From an uncultured Gammaproteobacteria bacterium (lineage in GTDB: Bacteria; Patescibacteriota; Patescibacteriia; Patescibacteriales; UBA12465), in assembly GCA_964473565.1 (NCBI GenBank), contig CAYYPI010000004.1, forward strand, positions 1 to 59,561: a stretch of DNA of 59,561 nt. Direction: 5' to 3'. A program made the position numbers and the translations under genes. The notes beneath the pieces were generated by a model that worked only from the letters and a program-made list of their open reading frames with translations, had not been told where the DNA came from and did not search any database. Below are positions 44,802-54,016 of the stretch, in pieces (the first letter of the stretch is position 1; the number at the start of each line of letters is the position of its first letter).

Positions 44802-46292
44802 ATGCAAAAACCGTGTGTTATTTTACCTCTTGATAATTTTCCAGGAGAAGAAGGTCTTCGAGCCTTAGAAAAAGTTTTGTCAAATGAGTCAGCTAAGGCA
44901 TTAATAAGTCATGTTAAGCTAAATGATGCTGTTCATGGAAATGTAAGTACTGCACCAGCTCTTTTACTATCTTATATGGATGTAATTGAGAAAGCTGGGT
45001 CAAAAGCAAAAATCTTTTTAGATTTAAAGTTAGCTGATACCTGGGGGACAGTCAGAAACACTCTTAGCCATTACAAAAACATGGCACCTGACATCCTTAC
45101 TATGCGTAGCAGTTGTTCACTCAGGGCTTTTGTTGTGGCTAAAAGCACTTTGCCAAACACTAAGCTTGCTTTAGTGAGCGCTTTAACAGACATGAGCAGA
45201 GAAGAACATTTAAGGAGGTATGCCTTAAGTCCTGAAGAAAAAATTCACCGGGATATGAGGGCTTTATGCCAAGAAGCTGAACTGCAAAATTACGTTCCAC
45301 CTTTTGATATGGTGGTATGCTCACCTTTGGAACTTACTTATCTTATTGAAAAATGGGAAGATACTTTTGAGTATGTTGTTCCTGGTATTAGAGATGAGTG
45401 GATGTCAAAAGGCCAACAAGAGCGCTCAACCGGAATTAAAGAAGCCTTGGACTTAGGTGCTACTAATATTGTAGCCGGCTCTCAAATGTTGAAAGGTAAC
45501 TTAAAGCAAGGAGTTAACGCTGAACAAAGCCGACAGCTTAGTATAGAGCAAATAAACAAAAGCTGGAGAATTAAGCTTGATCCCACTTCTTTTAGAAGAA
45601 CCCTTGTTAACCTGGAGGGGTATTATGAATCTGCCAAAGAAAACGGTAGATTTAAAGGTCCTTTGGTGATGTATGCCGGTCAGTATAAAGATGAGCTGGG
45701 AGAGCAGAAAAATTATGTAGGTACGGTTTATTTAAATTTAGCTAAAATTGAAAATAAACCTAAAATACTGCATTATTATGCCAGAGTTATAGCAAATAAA
45801 ATTAATGCTAATAATCTCAAGCCAGATGTTATTGCTGGCGTGCCTACCGGTGGAAATTATTGGGGCGAAGCTGTAGCCAAAGAACTTCAGATTGACTATG
45901 CTCATATCAGCAAGGTAAAAATCAGGGAAACTGATGGGGAAAAAGGTCAACGTGAAGATTCCAGATTTGATTTAAGTCGTCATGAACTAAAGCCAGGTGA
46001 TAAGGTTGTTATTGTTGAAGACTTATGTAATACCTTTTCCAGTACTGAGAAGGTACGTGAAGCCATTAAAAAGGCTGGTGGTGATGTTATTGGCATTGCT
46101 TGTGCCTTTAATCGTTCTACTGATTACCAAAAAGGGTATTGGAAAGATTTGCCTATTATTGCAATTGACCAGGAAGCGATTTTGAAATACAAACAAGATG
46201 ATGAGCAGGTTGCTGACTTACTTAAAGCCGGAAAGATTGTTCCCAAGCCAAAAGATAATTGGGAAATACTAAAAGAAGCTATGAATGCTTAA
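44802..46292 (+). CDS. Fusion of OMP decarboxylase (N-terminal) and a type I phosphoribosyltransferase (C-terminal, presumed orotate PRTase)
   Basis: ODCase motifs: VILPLD, HVKLND, IFLDLKLADTWGTV, VVCSPLE, VPGIR. PRTase motifs: DVIAGVPTGG, and the PRPP loop GDKVVIVEDLCNTFSST. Confidence 0.8.
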   Translation: MQKPCVILPLDNFPGEEGLRALEKVLSNESAKALISHVKLNDAVHGNVSTAPALLLSYMDVIEKAGSKAKIFLDLKLADTWGTVRNTLSHYKNMAPDILTMRSSCSLRAFVVAKSTLPNTKLALVSALTDMSREEHLRRYALSPEEKIHRDMRALCQEAELQNYVPPFDMVVCSPLELTYLIEKWEDTFEYVVPGIRDEWMSKGQQERSTGIKEALDLGATNIVAGSQMLKGNLKQGVNAEQSRQLSIEQINKSWRIKLDPTSFRRTLVNLEGYYESAKENGRFKGPLVMYAGQYKDELGEQKNYVGTVYLNLAKIENKPKILHYYARVIANKINANNLKPDVIAGVPTGGNYWGEAVAKELQIDYAHISKVKIRETDGEKGQREDSRFDLSRHELKPGDKVVIVEDLCNTFSSTEKVREAIKKAGGDVIGIACAFNRSTDYQKGYWKDLPIIAIDQEAILKYKQDDEQVADLLKAGKIVPKPKDNWEILKEAMNA

Positions 46293-46300
46293 ATAAGATA

Positions 46301-46331
46301 AGACTGTTTCTAATGGAAGCAGTCTTTTTTA
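46301..46331 (+). terminator. Rho-independent terminator
   Basis: agactgtttc-taatg-gaagcagtct followed by TTTTTT. Confidence 0.7.
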
Positions 46332-46430
46332 ATATGATCTTTTAATAATTGTTTTTACTGTTTTTGTCTAGTTTTAATTGTTTTGATTTTGTATTATGAT
46401 GTAGGTAAAGAAATACTAAATAATTATTAC

Positions 46431-49400
46431 ATGAGTTTTGTCCACCTCCATAATCATACTCACTATTCATTACTTGATGGTCTAACTAAAATTGATGAAT
46501 TGGTAAAGAGAGCTAAAGATCAGGGCTCTCCGGCTGTAGCTATTACTGACCATGGTAATTTATATGGCGCTATTGAGTTTTATCAAACTTGTAAAAAAGA
46601 AGGAATTAAGCCAATTATTGGTGTTGAAGCTTATTTAGCTAAGGGTTCAAGGTTTGATAAAAATACTAGAGAAGATGCTAGGAATTTTCATCTTGTTCTT
46701 TTAGCTCAAAATAATACTGGTTATCATAATTTAATTAAACTTGTAACTAAATCTCATTTAGAAGGTTTTTACTATAAACCTAGAATTGATTGGGAACTGT
46801 TAAAAGAACATCACGAAGGGCTTATAGCTCTTAGCGCTTGTTTGGGCGGAGAAATATCACAGCTTATCTTAGCAGGTGACCTAAAAAGAGCTAAGGAACG
46901 TATTATTGAATATAGAGATCTGTTTGGTAAAGAGAATTACTATTTAGAAATAATGGACCACCCGCAGTTAGAAGGACAAGAACAAGTTAATAAGCAATTA
47001 ATTAAATTTTCCAAAGAATTAAATGTAAATTTAGTAGCTACTAATGATGTTCATTATTTAAAAAAGGAAGATGATGAAGCTCAGGATATACTGCTTTGCT
47101 TACAAAATAAAAAGAAAAGGGAAGATAGTGATCGCATGTCAATGTTAGGAGAGGATTATAGTATGAAAAGCAATGCTCAAATGAAAGAGGCTTTTAGTGA
47201 GGTGCCAGAAGCTATAGAGAATACTATAAAAATTGCTAATAAGTGTAATGTAGAAATAGCTTTAGGTGAAACACAGTTACCATACTTTGATGTTCCTGAA
47301 GGTTATGATGGTAATTCATATCTGCGTTATATTTGTGAAAAAGGAGCAGAAAAGATATACAAGGATAGTTTTTCTAACTTAAGTCAGGAAATTAAAGAAA
47401 GACTTGATTATGAGTTAAAGATTATTGAAAATATGGGCTGGCCTTCATACTTCTTGATTGTTGCTGACTTTGTTAATTGGGCTAAAGAAAATAAGATTGT
47501 AGTTGGTCCAGGTAGAGGTTCAGCTGCTGGCTCTTTAGTTTGTTATTTAAGCGGTATTACCAGTATTGATCCTTTAGAGTATGATCTTATTTTTGAAAGA
47601 TTTTTAAATCCTGAAAGAATTTCGATGCCTGATATTGATATGGATTTTGCTGACACTGGAAGGGATAAGGTGATTAAATATGTTGAAGATAAATATGGTC
47701 ATGATAAGGTTTCTCAAATTATTACTTTTGGTACTATGGCAGCTAGAGCTGCAATTAGAGATGTTGGTAGAGTTTTAGATGCACCCTATGAATTTTGTGA
47801 TCGTATTTCCAAAACAGTACCAATGTTTACTAAATTAAAAGAAGCTTTAGAGACTGTGCCAGAATTAAAAGAGATGTACAACAATGATCCGCAGGTTAAG
47901 CAAATAATTGATTATGCTATTCGGTTAGAAGGAGTTTCTAGGCATAGCTCCACTCATGCTTGCGGTGTCCTTATCACTAAAGAGCCTTTAGATGATTATG
48001 TACCACTTCAATATGCTTCTTCAGCAGATAAAAGTATTGTTTCACAATATTCACTACACCCGGTAGAAGATTTAGGACTCTTGAAAATGGATTTTTTAGG
48101 ACTTAAGAACTTAAGCATTATTGAGGCAGCTCTTAAAATTATTAAAAATACTCGTGGTCAAGAAATTAACATTGAAAACATACCTTTAAATGATAAAAAG
48201 ACCTTTGAATTATTTCAAAAAGGATCTACTACAGGAGTCTTTCAATTTGAGTCCTCTGGTATGAAAAGATATTTAAAAGAATTAAAGCCTTCAGAGTTTG
48301 AAGATATTATTGCCATGGTAGCTTTGTATCGTCCTGGACCTATGGAGTGGATACCCGATTATATCACTGGCAAACATGGTATTAAAAAAGTTTCTTATTT
48401 ACATCCTAAATTAGAAAAGATTTTAAATAAGACCTACGGAGTTGCTATTTATCAAGAACAAGTTATGCAAATCGCCAGAGACTTAGCTGGTTTTAGCATG
48501 GCAGAAGCGGATGTTTTAAGAAAAGCTATGGGAAAGAAGATTCCCGAGCTCTTAGCTAAACAAAAAGAAAAGTTTATTGATGGCTGTGTTAAAAACAATA
48601 TTCATGAAGAACTAGCTCAGCAGATATTTTCATTTATTGAACCTTTTGCAGGGTATGGTTTTAATCGTAGTCATGCTGCCTGTTATGCTTTAATTGGCTA
48701 TCAAACAGCCTTCCTAAAAGCTCATTGGCCAGTAGAGTTTATGGCCGCTCTTTTAACTGCAGATCAGCAAAATACTGATCGTATAGCTATTGAGATAGAT
48801 GAATGCAGAAGAATGGGTATTAAAATAATGCCTCCAGATATTAATGAATCATATGGTTCTTTTACTGTGGTAACCTCTGGTACTAAAGATAATAAGGTAG
48901 CTGGCGAATATGAAAAAGTAGATACCATTCGTTTTGGATTAAATGCTATTAAAAATGTAGGAGAGCATATTGTAGAGGTAATTATTGAAGAAAGAAAAGA
49001 AAATGGTGTTTATGCTGATCTTGCAGACTTTTTAAATAGGATAACTGATAAGGATTTAAATAAAAAGTCTTTGGAGAGCTTAATAAAATCAGGTGGTTTA
49101 GATAAATATGGTAACCGAGGTCAATTATTTCACAACCTCAATAAACTACTTCTAGCTAGTAAAGAAGCAACACAAGCTAAAGCTAGCAAGCAAAGCTCTT
49201 TATTTTCTAATGAAAATGGTTTTGATGCTAAATTGAATGAAATTAAATTAGATAACGGACCAGAAATAGAGCAATCAGAAAAACTAAAATGGGAAAAGGA
49301 ACTTTTAGGTTTGTATATCTCTGAACATCCTTTAAACGAAATTAAAGCAAGAATAAACGGCTATGCCATGCCACTTAGACAACTATCACAGCACAAAGAC

Positions 49401-50072
49401 AAGGGAAGTGTTCGTACAGCTGGAGTAATTACGGCTGTAAAGAAGATATTGACTAAAAAAAATGAAAGAATGTTATTTGTTAAGATTGAAGATACTCTTA
49501 CCAACATTGAAGTTTTAGTTTTTCCGAAACTCTTAAGTTCAAATCCTGATATTTGGCAAGAAGGTGAAATGATTTTAGTAGAAGGGAAGGTTTCTGATAA
49601 GGATGAGGAGATAAAATTATTAGCTGACAAAGTCTATGCTGTTAATAATAAAAATCTTGCAGAAGTTTTAAAAGAATTAAAGCCTAATGCCATAGTTAAA
49701 AAGAAAAGATTTTTTAGTAAAAAAAATGATAACAATGTTAATGCTAATAAAGATAAAAATACTAATGTAAATGATAAAGTAAATAATATTCAAGCTAAAG
49801 TAAATACTGAAACTAAAATTAATAATAAAGAAAATCAATTAGAAAAACTATCAACACCACTAAAGTTGATTATAAAAGAAGAGTTAGATGGTGAAGAAGT
49901 AAAAATATTAAAAGAAGTATTTAGTAAATATAGTGGTAATAGTGAGGTTTATATTTTTGAACATTTTAGTAATAAAATAATAAAAACACCTTTTAAAGTA
50001 AATCCCTCTATAATACTTATCTCTGAAATTAAAAAAGAATTTCCTCAAAAAATTCGAGTTGTGGAAACTTAG
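46431..50072 (+). CDS. dnaE: DNA polymerase III alpha subunit
   Basis: PHP N-terminus: MSFVHLHNHTHYSLLDG. Also PDIDMDF and FNRSHAACYA, plus an OB fold and a C-terminal N/K-rich insert. The ORF track opens at TTG 46383. Confidence 0.93.
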   Translation: MSFVHLHNHTHYSLLDGLTKIDELVKRAKDQGSPAVAITDHGNLYGAIEFYQTCKKEGIKPIIGVEAYLAKGSRFDKNTREDARNFHLVLLAQNNTGYHNLIKLVTKSHLEGFYYKPRIDWELLKEHHEGLIALSACLGGEISQLILAGDLKRAKERIIEYRDLFGKENYYLEIMDHPQLEGQEQVNKQLIKFSKELNVNLVATNDVHYLKKEDDEAQDILLCLQNKKKREDSDRMSMLGEDYSMKSNAQMKEAFSEVPEAIENTIKIANKCNVEIALGETQLPYFDVPEGYDGNSYLRYICEKGAEKIYKDSFSNLSQEIKERLDYELKIIENMGWPSYFLIVADFVNWAKENKIVVGPGRGSAAGSLVCYLSGITSIDPLEYDLIFERFLNPERISMPDIDMDFADTGRDKVIKYVEDKYGHDKVSQIITFGTMAARAAIRDVGRVLDAPYEFCDRISKTVPMFTKLKEALETVPELKEMYNNDPQVKQIIDYAIRLEGVSRHSSTHACGVLITKEPLDDYVPLQYASSADKSIVSQYSLHPVEDLGLLKMDFLGLKNLSIIEAALKIIKNTRGQEINIENIPLNDKKTFELFQKGSTTGVFQFESSGMKRYLKELKPSEFEDIIAMVALYRPGPMEWIPDYITGKHGIKKVSYLHPKLEKILNKTYGVAIYQEQVMQIARDLAGFSMAEADVLRKAMGKKIPELLAKQKEKFIDGCVKNNIHEELAQQIFSFIEPFAGYGFNRSHAACYALIGYQTAFLKAHWPVEFMAALLTADQQNTDRIAIEIDECRRMGIKIMPPDINESYGSFTVVTSGTKDNKVAGEYEKVDTIRFGLNAIKNVGEHIVEVIIEERKENGVYADLADFLNRITDKDLNKKSLESLIKSGGLDKYGNRGQLFHNLNKLLLASKEATQAKASKQSSLFSNENGFDAKLNEIKLDNGPEIEQSEKLKWEKELLGLYISEHPLNEIKARINGYAMPLRQLSQHKDKGSVRTAGVITAVKKILTKKNERMLFVKIEDTLTNIEVLVFPKLLSSNPDIWQEGEMILVEGKVSDKDEEIKLLADKVYAVNNKNLAEVLKELKPNAIVKKKRFFSKKNDNNVNANKDKNTNVNDKVNNIQAKVNTETKINNKENQLEKLSTPLKLIIKEELDGEEVKILKEVFSKYSGNSEVYIFEHFSNKIIKTPFKVNPSIILISEIKKEFPQKIRVVET

Positions 50073-50130
50073 AAAAAATGTTATAATAAAAAAACTAAAA
50101 AGCTTATAAAAAATTTATTCAAGTTTTGTT

Positions 50131-51798
50131 ATGCCAGCAAGAAAAAAAACTAACAAACCAAAATCTAAGACTTCTAGTACTGATAAGAAGAAGACAAATG
50201 CTAGTGCTAAAAAAAGTACTAGTAAAAAAGCTACTCCTAAAAAGAGCAGTACTACTAAAAAAGCTAGTGCTAAAAAAAGTACTAGCAAAAAAAGCAGTCC
50301 TAAAAAAGTCAGTAGCACTAAGAAAGCTCCAGTAAAGAAAAGTAGTGCTAAGAAAAGCACTACCAAGAAAACTGTCAGCAAGGAAAGTTCTCCTGAGAAA
50401 GCTAGTGTTGATAGTGGTAAAAAGAAGGAGATTAAAGTTGAGACAAGTAGTTCTAATAAGCTCTCAAGTGATGATATTAAAATGGATGAGAGAAAGGCTA
50501 GTGATGAGCTAAAAACAGATCTTGGTTTTGATGAAGTTATAAATAGAACTCAGATAGATAGTCAAAAAAAATTCTATCAAGAATTAAATAAAGAAATTGA
50601 GCAAAAGCATCTTGAAGGCGAATATGAAGATGAGCCTGAAATGAAAGTTGAAGTAGAGCCTAGACCTATTAAAAAATCTGTAGGCTTATACCGTAAGCGC
50701 GCTTTCTTTTTTATTGCTTTAACTGTGGTGCTTTTATTTGCTATTTTTTATTTCTCTTTTTCTAAATTAACAATTGCTATTAGCCCTAATGAAGAAGTGG
50801 TTAATAATAATGTTTTAATGGATGTTTATAATAATGAAAACAATGATTCAGTTCGCTCTAGCACTTCTTTAAATGGTAGTGTTATGGCTGTTAAAAGTAA
50901 GGCTGAAAACACCTATCAAAGTAGTGGAGAAGAAATAATTGGAGAAGAAATAGTGGGTACTGTTACAATAATTAATAATTATAGTAGTAGCCAACCTTTG
51001 GTAGCTACTACCAGACTTCTAAGTCCAGATGATAAGCTTTATAGAATTAAGGAAACTGTTAATGTTCCTGCTAACTCTAGTGTAGAAGTTGAAATATATG
51101 CTGATGAAGTAGAAAAAGATAGTGCTATAGGTCCTACAACCTTTACAATACCCGGTCTTTGGGCGGGACTTCAAGACGATATTTATGCTGAAAGTGAAGA
51201 AGCTTTTGTTTATAGAACAAAAACTAAGGATTATGTGACTGTTTCAGATATAGAAAAAGCTGAAAATGATTTAGAGGAAACTATAATTTCTAAAGCCAAG
51301 AAAGAGGCCAACAGAATGTTTGATGACCGTTATTTTATCCTTTATGATGTAGACAACAACTTTAGTTCTTTTGACACTGAGGTTAAGGCAGGGGATGAAG
51401 TAACAGAGTTTAAGCTCTCAGGAGAAAGTCAGGTTGTAGTAGTTGCTTTTTTAAGAGAACAAGCTAAAGCTTTAGCTCAAGATAGGTTGTCACTGCTAGT
51501 ACCTGGAGATAAGGAATTAAAAGAATTTAATGAATCTAATCTTAGTTATGCACTTGATAATTACAACTTAAAAGATGGTACAGCCACAGTAAAAATTAAT
51601 TTTTCTGGTCTTATGACAATTGATGATAATACTGAAATAATTGATAGATCACAATTGGTTAATTTAAATAGAGATCAAATCAGGAAATACTTAGATAGTT
51701 ACCCTGAAATAAGAAATTATACCTTAGATTTTCAACCTGCCTTTTTAAATAAAGCTCCTAGTCTAGCTGATAGAATTGAGATTAAAGTAGCTGAATAA
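50131..51798 (+). CDS. Membrane protein with an N-terminal histone-H1-like Lys/Ser/Thr repeat tail
   Basis: The first ~90 aa are KK(S/A/T)xxKK repeats. A single TM helix (FFFIALTVVLLFAIFYFSF) lies at about aa 190-210, followed by a ~340-aa extracytoplasmic domain. Confidence 0.8.
   Translation: MPARKKTNKPKSKTSSTDKKKTNASAKKSTSKKATPKKSSTTKKASAKKSTSKKSSPKKVSSTKKAPVKKSSAKKSTTKKTVSKESSPEKASVDSGKKKEIKVETSSSNKLSSDDIKMDERKASDELKTDLGFDEVINRTQIDSQKKFYQELNKEIEQKHLEGEYEDEPEMKVEVEPRPIKKSVGLYRKRAFFFIALTVVLLFAIFYFSFSKLTIAISPNEEVVNNNVLMDVYNNENNDSVRSSTSLNGSVMAVKSKAENTYQSSGEEIIGEEIVGTVTIINNYSSSQPLVATTRLLSPDDKLYRIKETVNVPANSSVEVEIYADEVEKDSAIGPTTFTIPGLWAGLQDDIYAESEEAFVYRTKTKDYVTVSDIEKAENDLEETIISKAKKEANRMFDDRYFILYDVDNNFSSFDTEVKAGDEVTEFKLSGESQVVVVAFLREQAKALAQDRLSLLVPGDKELKEFNESNLSYALDNYNLKDGTATVKINFSGLMTIDDNTEIIDRSQLVNLNRDQIRKYLDSYPEIRNYTLDFQPAFLNKAPSLADRIEIKVAE
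50150..50400 (+). repeat. Degenerate tandem coding repeat (aaaaaagXtagtgctaaaaaaagtact-type units)
   Basis: Repeated agtgctaaaaaaagtactag / cctaaaaa(g/a)... units. They produce the spurious antisense and alternate-frame ORFs at 50115-50381 and 50126-50335. Confidence 0.8.
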
Positions 51799-51810
51799 TT
51801 TTTATTATAA

Positions 51811-51840
51811 TTGACATTTAAATTATTTTCATTATATAAT
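51811..51840 (+). promoter_or_regulatory. Promoter of the thrS leader (TTGACA-18-TATAAT)
   Basis: TTGACA at 51811-51816 and TATAAT at 51835-51840. Confidence 0.6.
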
Positions 51841-51845
51841 ATAAG

Positions 51846-52031
51846 CACAATTGAACTTACCTATGATCAACGATTGCTATAGCTACCAACTATAGTGCAA
51901 ACTTTGCAGCTTTAAGCCTAAGTTGAGAATAAGTAAAATTAAGCGCCTATTTTAGGAAGCTAGATGGAACCGCGGGAAAATCCCGTTCTAGTAATTTATT
52001 AGTATATAGATTTTTGGAACGGGATTTTTTA
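51846..52031 (+). promoter_or_regulatory. T-box riboswitch leader (Thr) with antiterminator/terminator
   Basis: Antiterminator: helix A1 ctaga (51960-64) / tctag (51987-91), 7-nt bulge UGGAACC (51965-71), helix A2 gcggga/tcccgt. Terminator: aaaatcccgttc (51977-88) / gaacgggatttt (52017-28) followed by a T-run. An ACC codon sits in the loop at about 51884-51890. Confidence 0.8.
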
Positions 52032-52105
52032 TTAACCTTATATAATTAATTCTTAGATATACTTACTAAATCATTTAAATATTATTATAATAATTAAACA
52101 AATAT

Positions 52106-53872
52106 ATGAAAGATGAAAAAATAGACATAATTAGACATGGTTTATCTCACATGTTAGCAATGGCAATTAAATATTATTATCCAAGTGCTAAATTGGCTAT
52201 TGGCCCGGTTATTGAGGGTGGTTTTTATTATGATGTTGATACTGGTGATAAAAAGATATCTGAAGATGACTTAAAAAAGCTAGAGGATAAAATGAAGGAA
52301 TTTATTAAACAAGATTTAAAATTTGAAAAAAGAAATTTAAGTGTTGAAGAGGCTATAGTTAAAGAAAAAGAAAGACAAGAAGATTATAAGGTAGAATTAA
52401 TAGAAGATTTAGCCAAGGAAGGTCAAAAAGAAGTTATATACTACAAGGTTGGCAATTTTGATGATTTGTGCAGAGGTCCTCATGTAGAAAGCACTAAAGA
52501 AATTGACCCACAGTCCTTTACATTAAATAAGGTGGCTGGCGCTTATTGGCGTGGAGATGAAAATAGACAAATGTTAACTAGAATATATGGATTAGCATTT
52601 TCAAATAAAAAAGAATTGAAACAATATTTAAATTTATTAGAAGAAGCTAAAAAAAGAGATCATAGAAAGATAGGTAAAGATTTAAACTTGTTTATTTTTT
52701 CAGATACAGTGGGGAAGGGTTTGCCAATGTTAACTGCAAAAGGTGCTACTATTAGAAGAGAATTAGAAAATTTCATTGTAAAAGAAGAAATTAAGCGTGG
52801 TTATGATCATGTTATTACACCTGACCTTGCTAAATTAGATTTATACAAGAAGTCCGGACATTATCCTTACTATAAGGATTCTATGTATGCACCTATAAGA
52901 ATAGATGATGAAGAGTTTATGCTAAGACCTATGGCTTGTCCTCATCATTTTGAATTATATCTAAATAGCCCTAAAAGCTATAAAGATCTACCTATGCGTA
53001 TTGCTGAGCTAGCTAAACTATATAGATACGAACAATCAGGAGAGCTTAGCGGATTAATGCGTGTTAGAGGTTTTTGTTTAGCAGACTCACATATTATTTG
53101 CGCAGATAGAGAGCAAGCGCAGAATGAAGTTTCTAAGGTCTTAGATTTAATTGAGTATGTTTGTGAAGTTTTAAAGATAGAAAAAAATAAGGATTATTGG
53201 TTTAGATTATCTTTAGGTGATAGAACTGATCCTAAGAAATATTATAAAAATGATAAAGCCTGGGATGAAGCTGAAGAAAGTTTAAGAGAGGTTTTAAGAC
53301 AAAGGAAGACTAAGTATGAAGAAGTAGAGGCTGAGGCGGCTTTTTATGGTCCCAAACTTGATATTCAAATGAAAAATGTACTTGGTAAAGAAGATACTGC
53401 CTTTACTGTGCAGTGGGACTTTGTTATGCCTGAACGTTTTAATTTAGTATATACTGATAAGAAAGGAAAAGAGCAAAGAGCTTTAGTTATTCATCGTTCC
53501 TCAATTGGAGCTTTAGAGAGGATTATGGCCTTTTTAATAGAGTTTTATGGCGGAAATTTTCCTTTATGGCTAGCTCCAATACAAGTAAAACTTATTTCTG
53601 TTGGTGAGGGTCACAAGGACTATACTCAAAAACTAGCAAGTAAATTAAAAGATGAGGAGATTAGAGTTGAAGCTGACATATCAGAGGAAACAGTTGGTAA
53701 TAAAATAAGAAAAGCAGTAGCTGATAAAATTCCATACATTTTAGTTATAGGTGACAAGGAGATGGAAGGTGATAGCTTAGCTGTTAGAAAAAGAGGAGAA
53801 AGGCAAACCAGTGATATGAAAGAGGCTGAATTTATATCTTCACTTAAAAAAGATATAAAAGAAAGAAAATAA
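52106..53872 (+). CDS. thrS: Threonyl-tRNA synthetase (no TGS domain)
   Basis: IIRHGLSHMLAMAI (editing HxxxH), RPMACPHH, FYGPKLD, and a C-terminal anticodon-binding domain. It is 588 aa and begins at the N2 editing domain. Confidence 0.93.
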   Translation: MKDEKIDIIRHGLSHMLAMAIKYYYPSAKLAIGPVIEGGFYYDVDTGDKKISEDDLKKLEDKMKEFIKQDLKFEKRNLSVEEAIVKEKERQEDYKVELIEDLAKEGQKEVIYYKVGNFDDLCRGPHVESTKEIDPQSFTLNKVAGAYWRGDENRQMLTRIYGLAFSNKKELKQYLNLLEEAKKRDHRKIGKDLNLFIFSDTVGKGLPMLTAKGATIRRELENFIVKEEIKRGYDHVITPDLAKLDLYKKSGHYPYYKDSMYAPIRIDDEEFMLRPMACPHHFELYLNSPKSYKDLPMRIAELAKLYRYEQSGELSGLMRVRGFCLADSHIICADREQAQNEVSKVLDLIEYVCEVLKIEKNKDYWFRLSLGDRTDPKKYYKNDKAWDEAEESLREVLRQRKTKYEEVEAEAAFYGPKLDIQMKNVLGKEDTAFTVQWDFVMPERFNLVYTDKKGKEQRALVIHRSSIGALERIMAFLIEFYGGNFPLWLAPIQVKLISVGEGHKDYTQKLASKLKDEEIRVEADISEETVGNKIRKAVADKIPYILVIGDKEMEGDSLAVRKRGERQTSDMKEAEFISSLKKDIKERK

Positions 53873-53899
53873 GATTCAAAAACAATTAAATAATTATAT

Positions 53900-53936
53900 A
53901 AATAAGCAACCTAATTAGGCTGCTTATTTATTTTAA
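53900..53936 (+). terminator. Rho-independent terminator of thrS
   Basis: aaataagcaacc-taatta-ggctgcttattt followed by a T-rich run. Confidence 0.6.
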
Positions 53937-54016
53937 TAATATTAAAATTACATAAGTATTGCTAAAATTAGCGATATTTGCTAGACTTATTGCAATGATC
54001 TTTAAAATATACAATT

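Noticed and set aside
50115-50381. An L/F-rich 88-aa antisense ORF, plus the 69-aa alternate-frame ORF at 50126-50335.
   Set aside because: Both are by-products of the Lys-codon repeat (aaa/aag) of the 555-aa gene. The antisense strand of AAA/AAG/AGC repeats reads as Leu/Phe.
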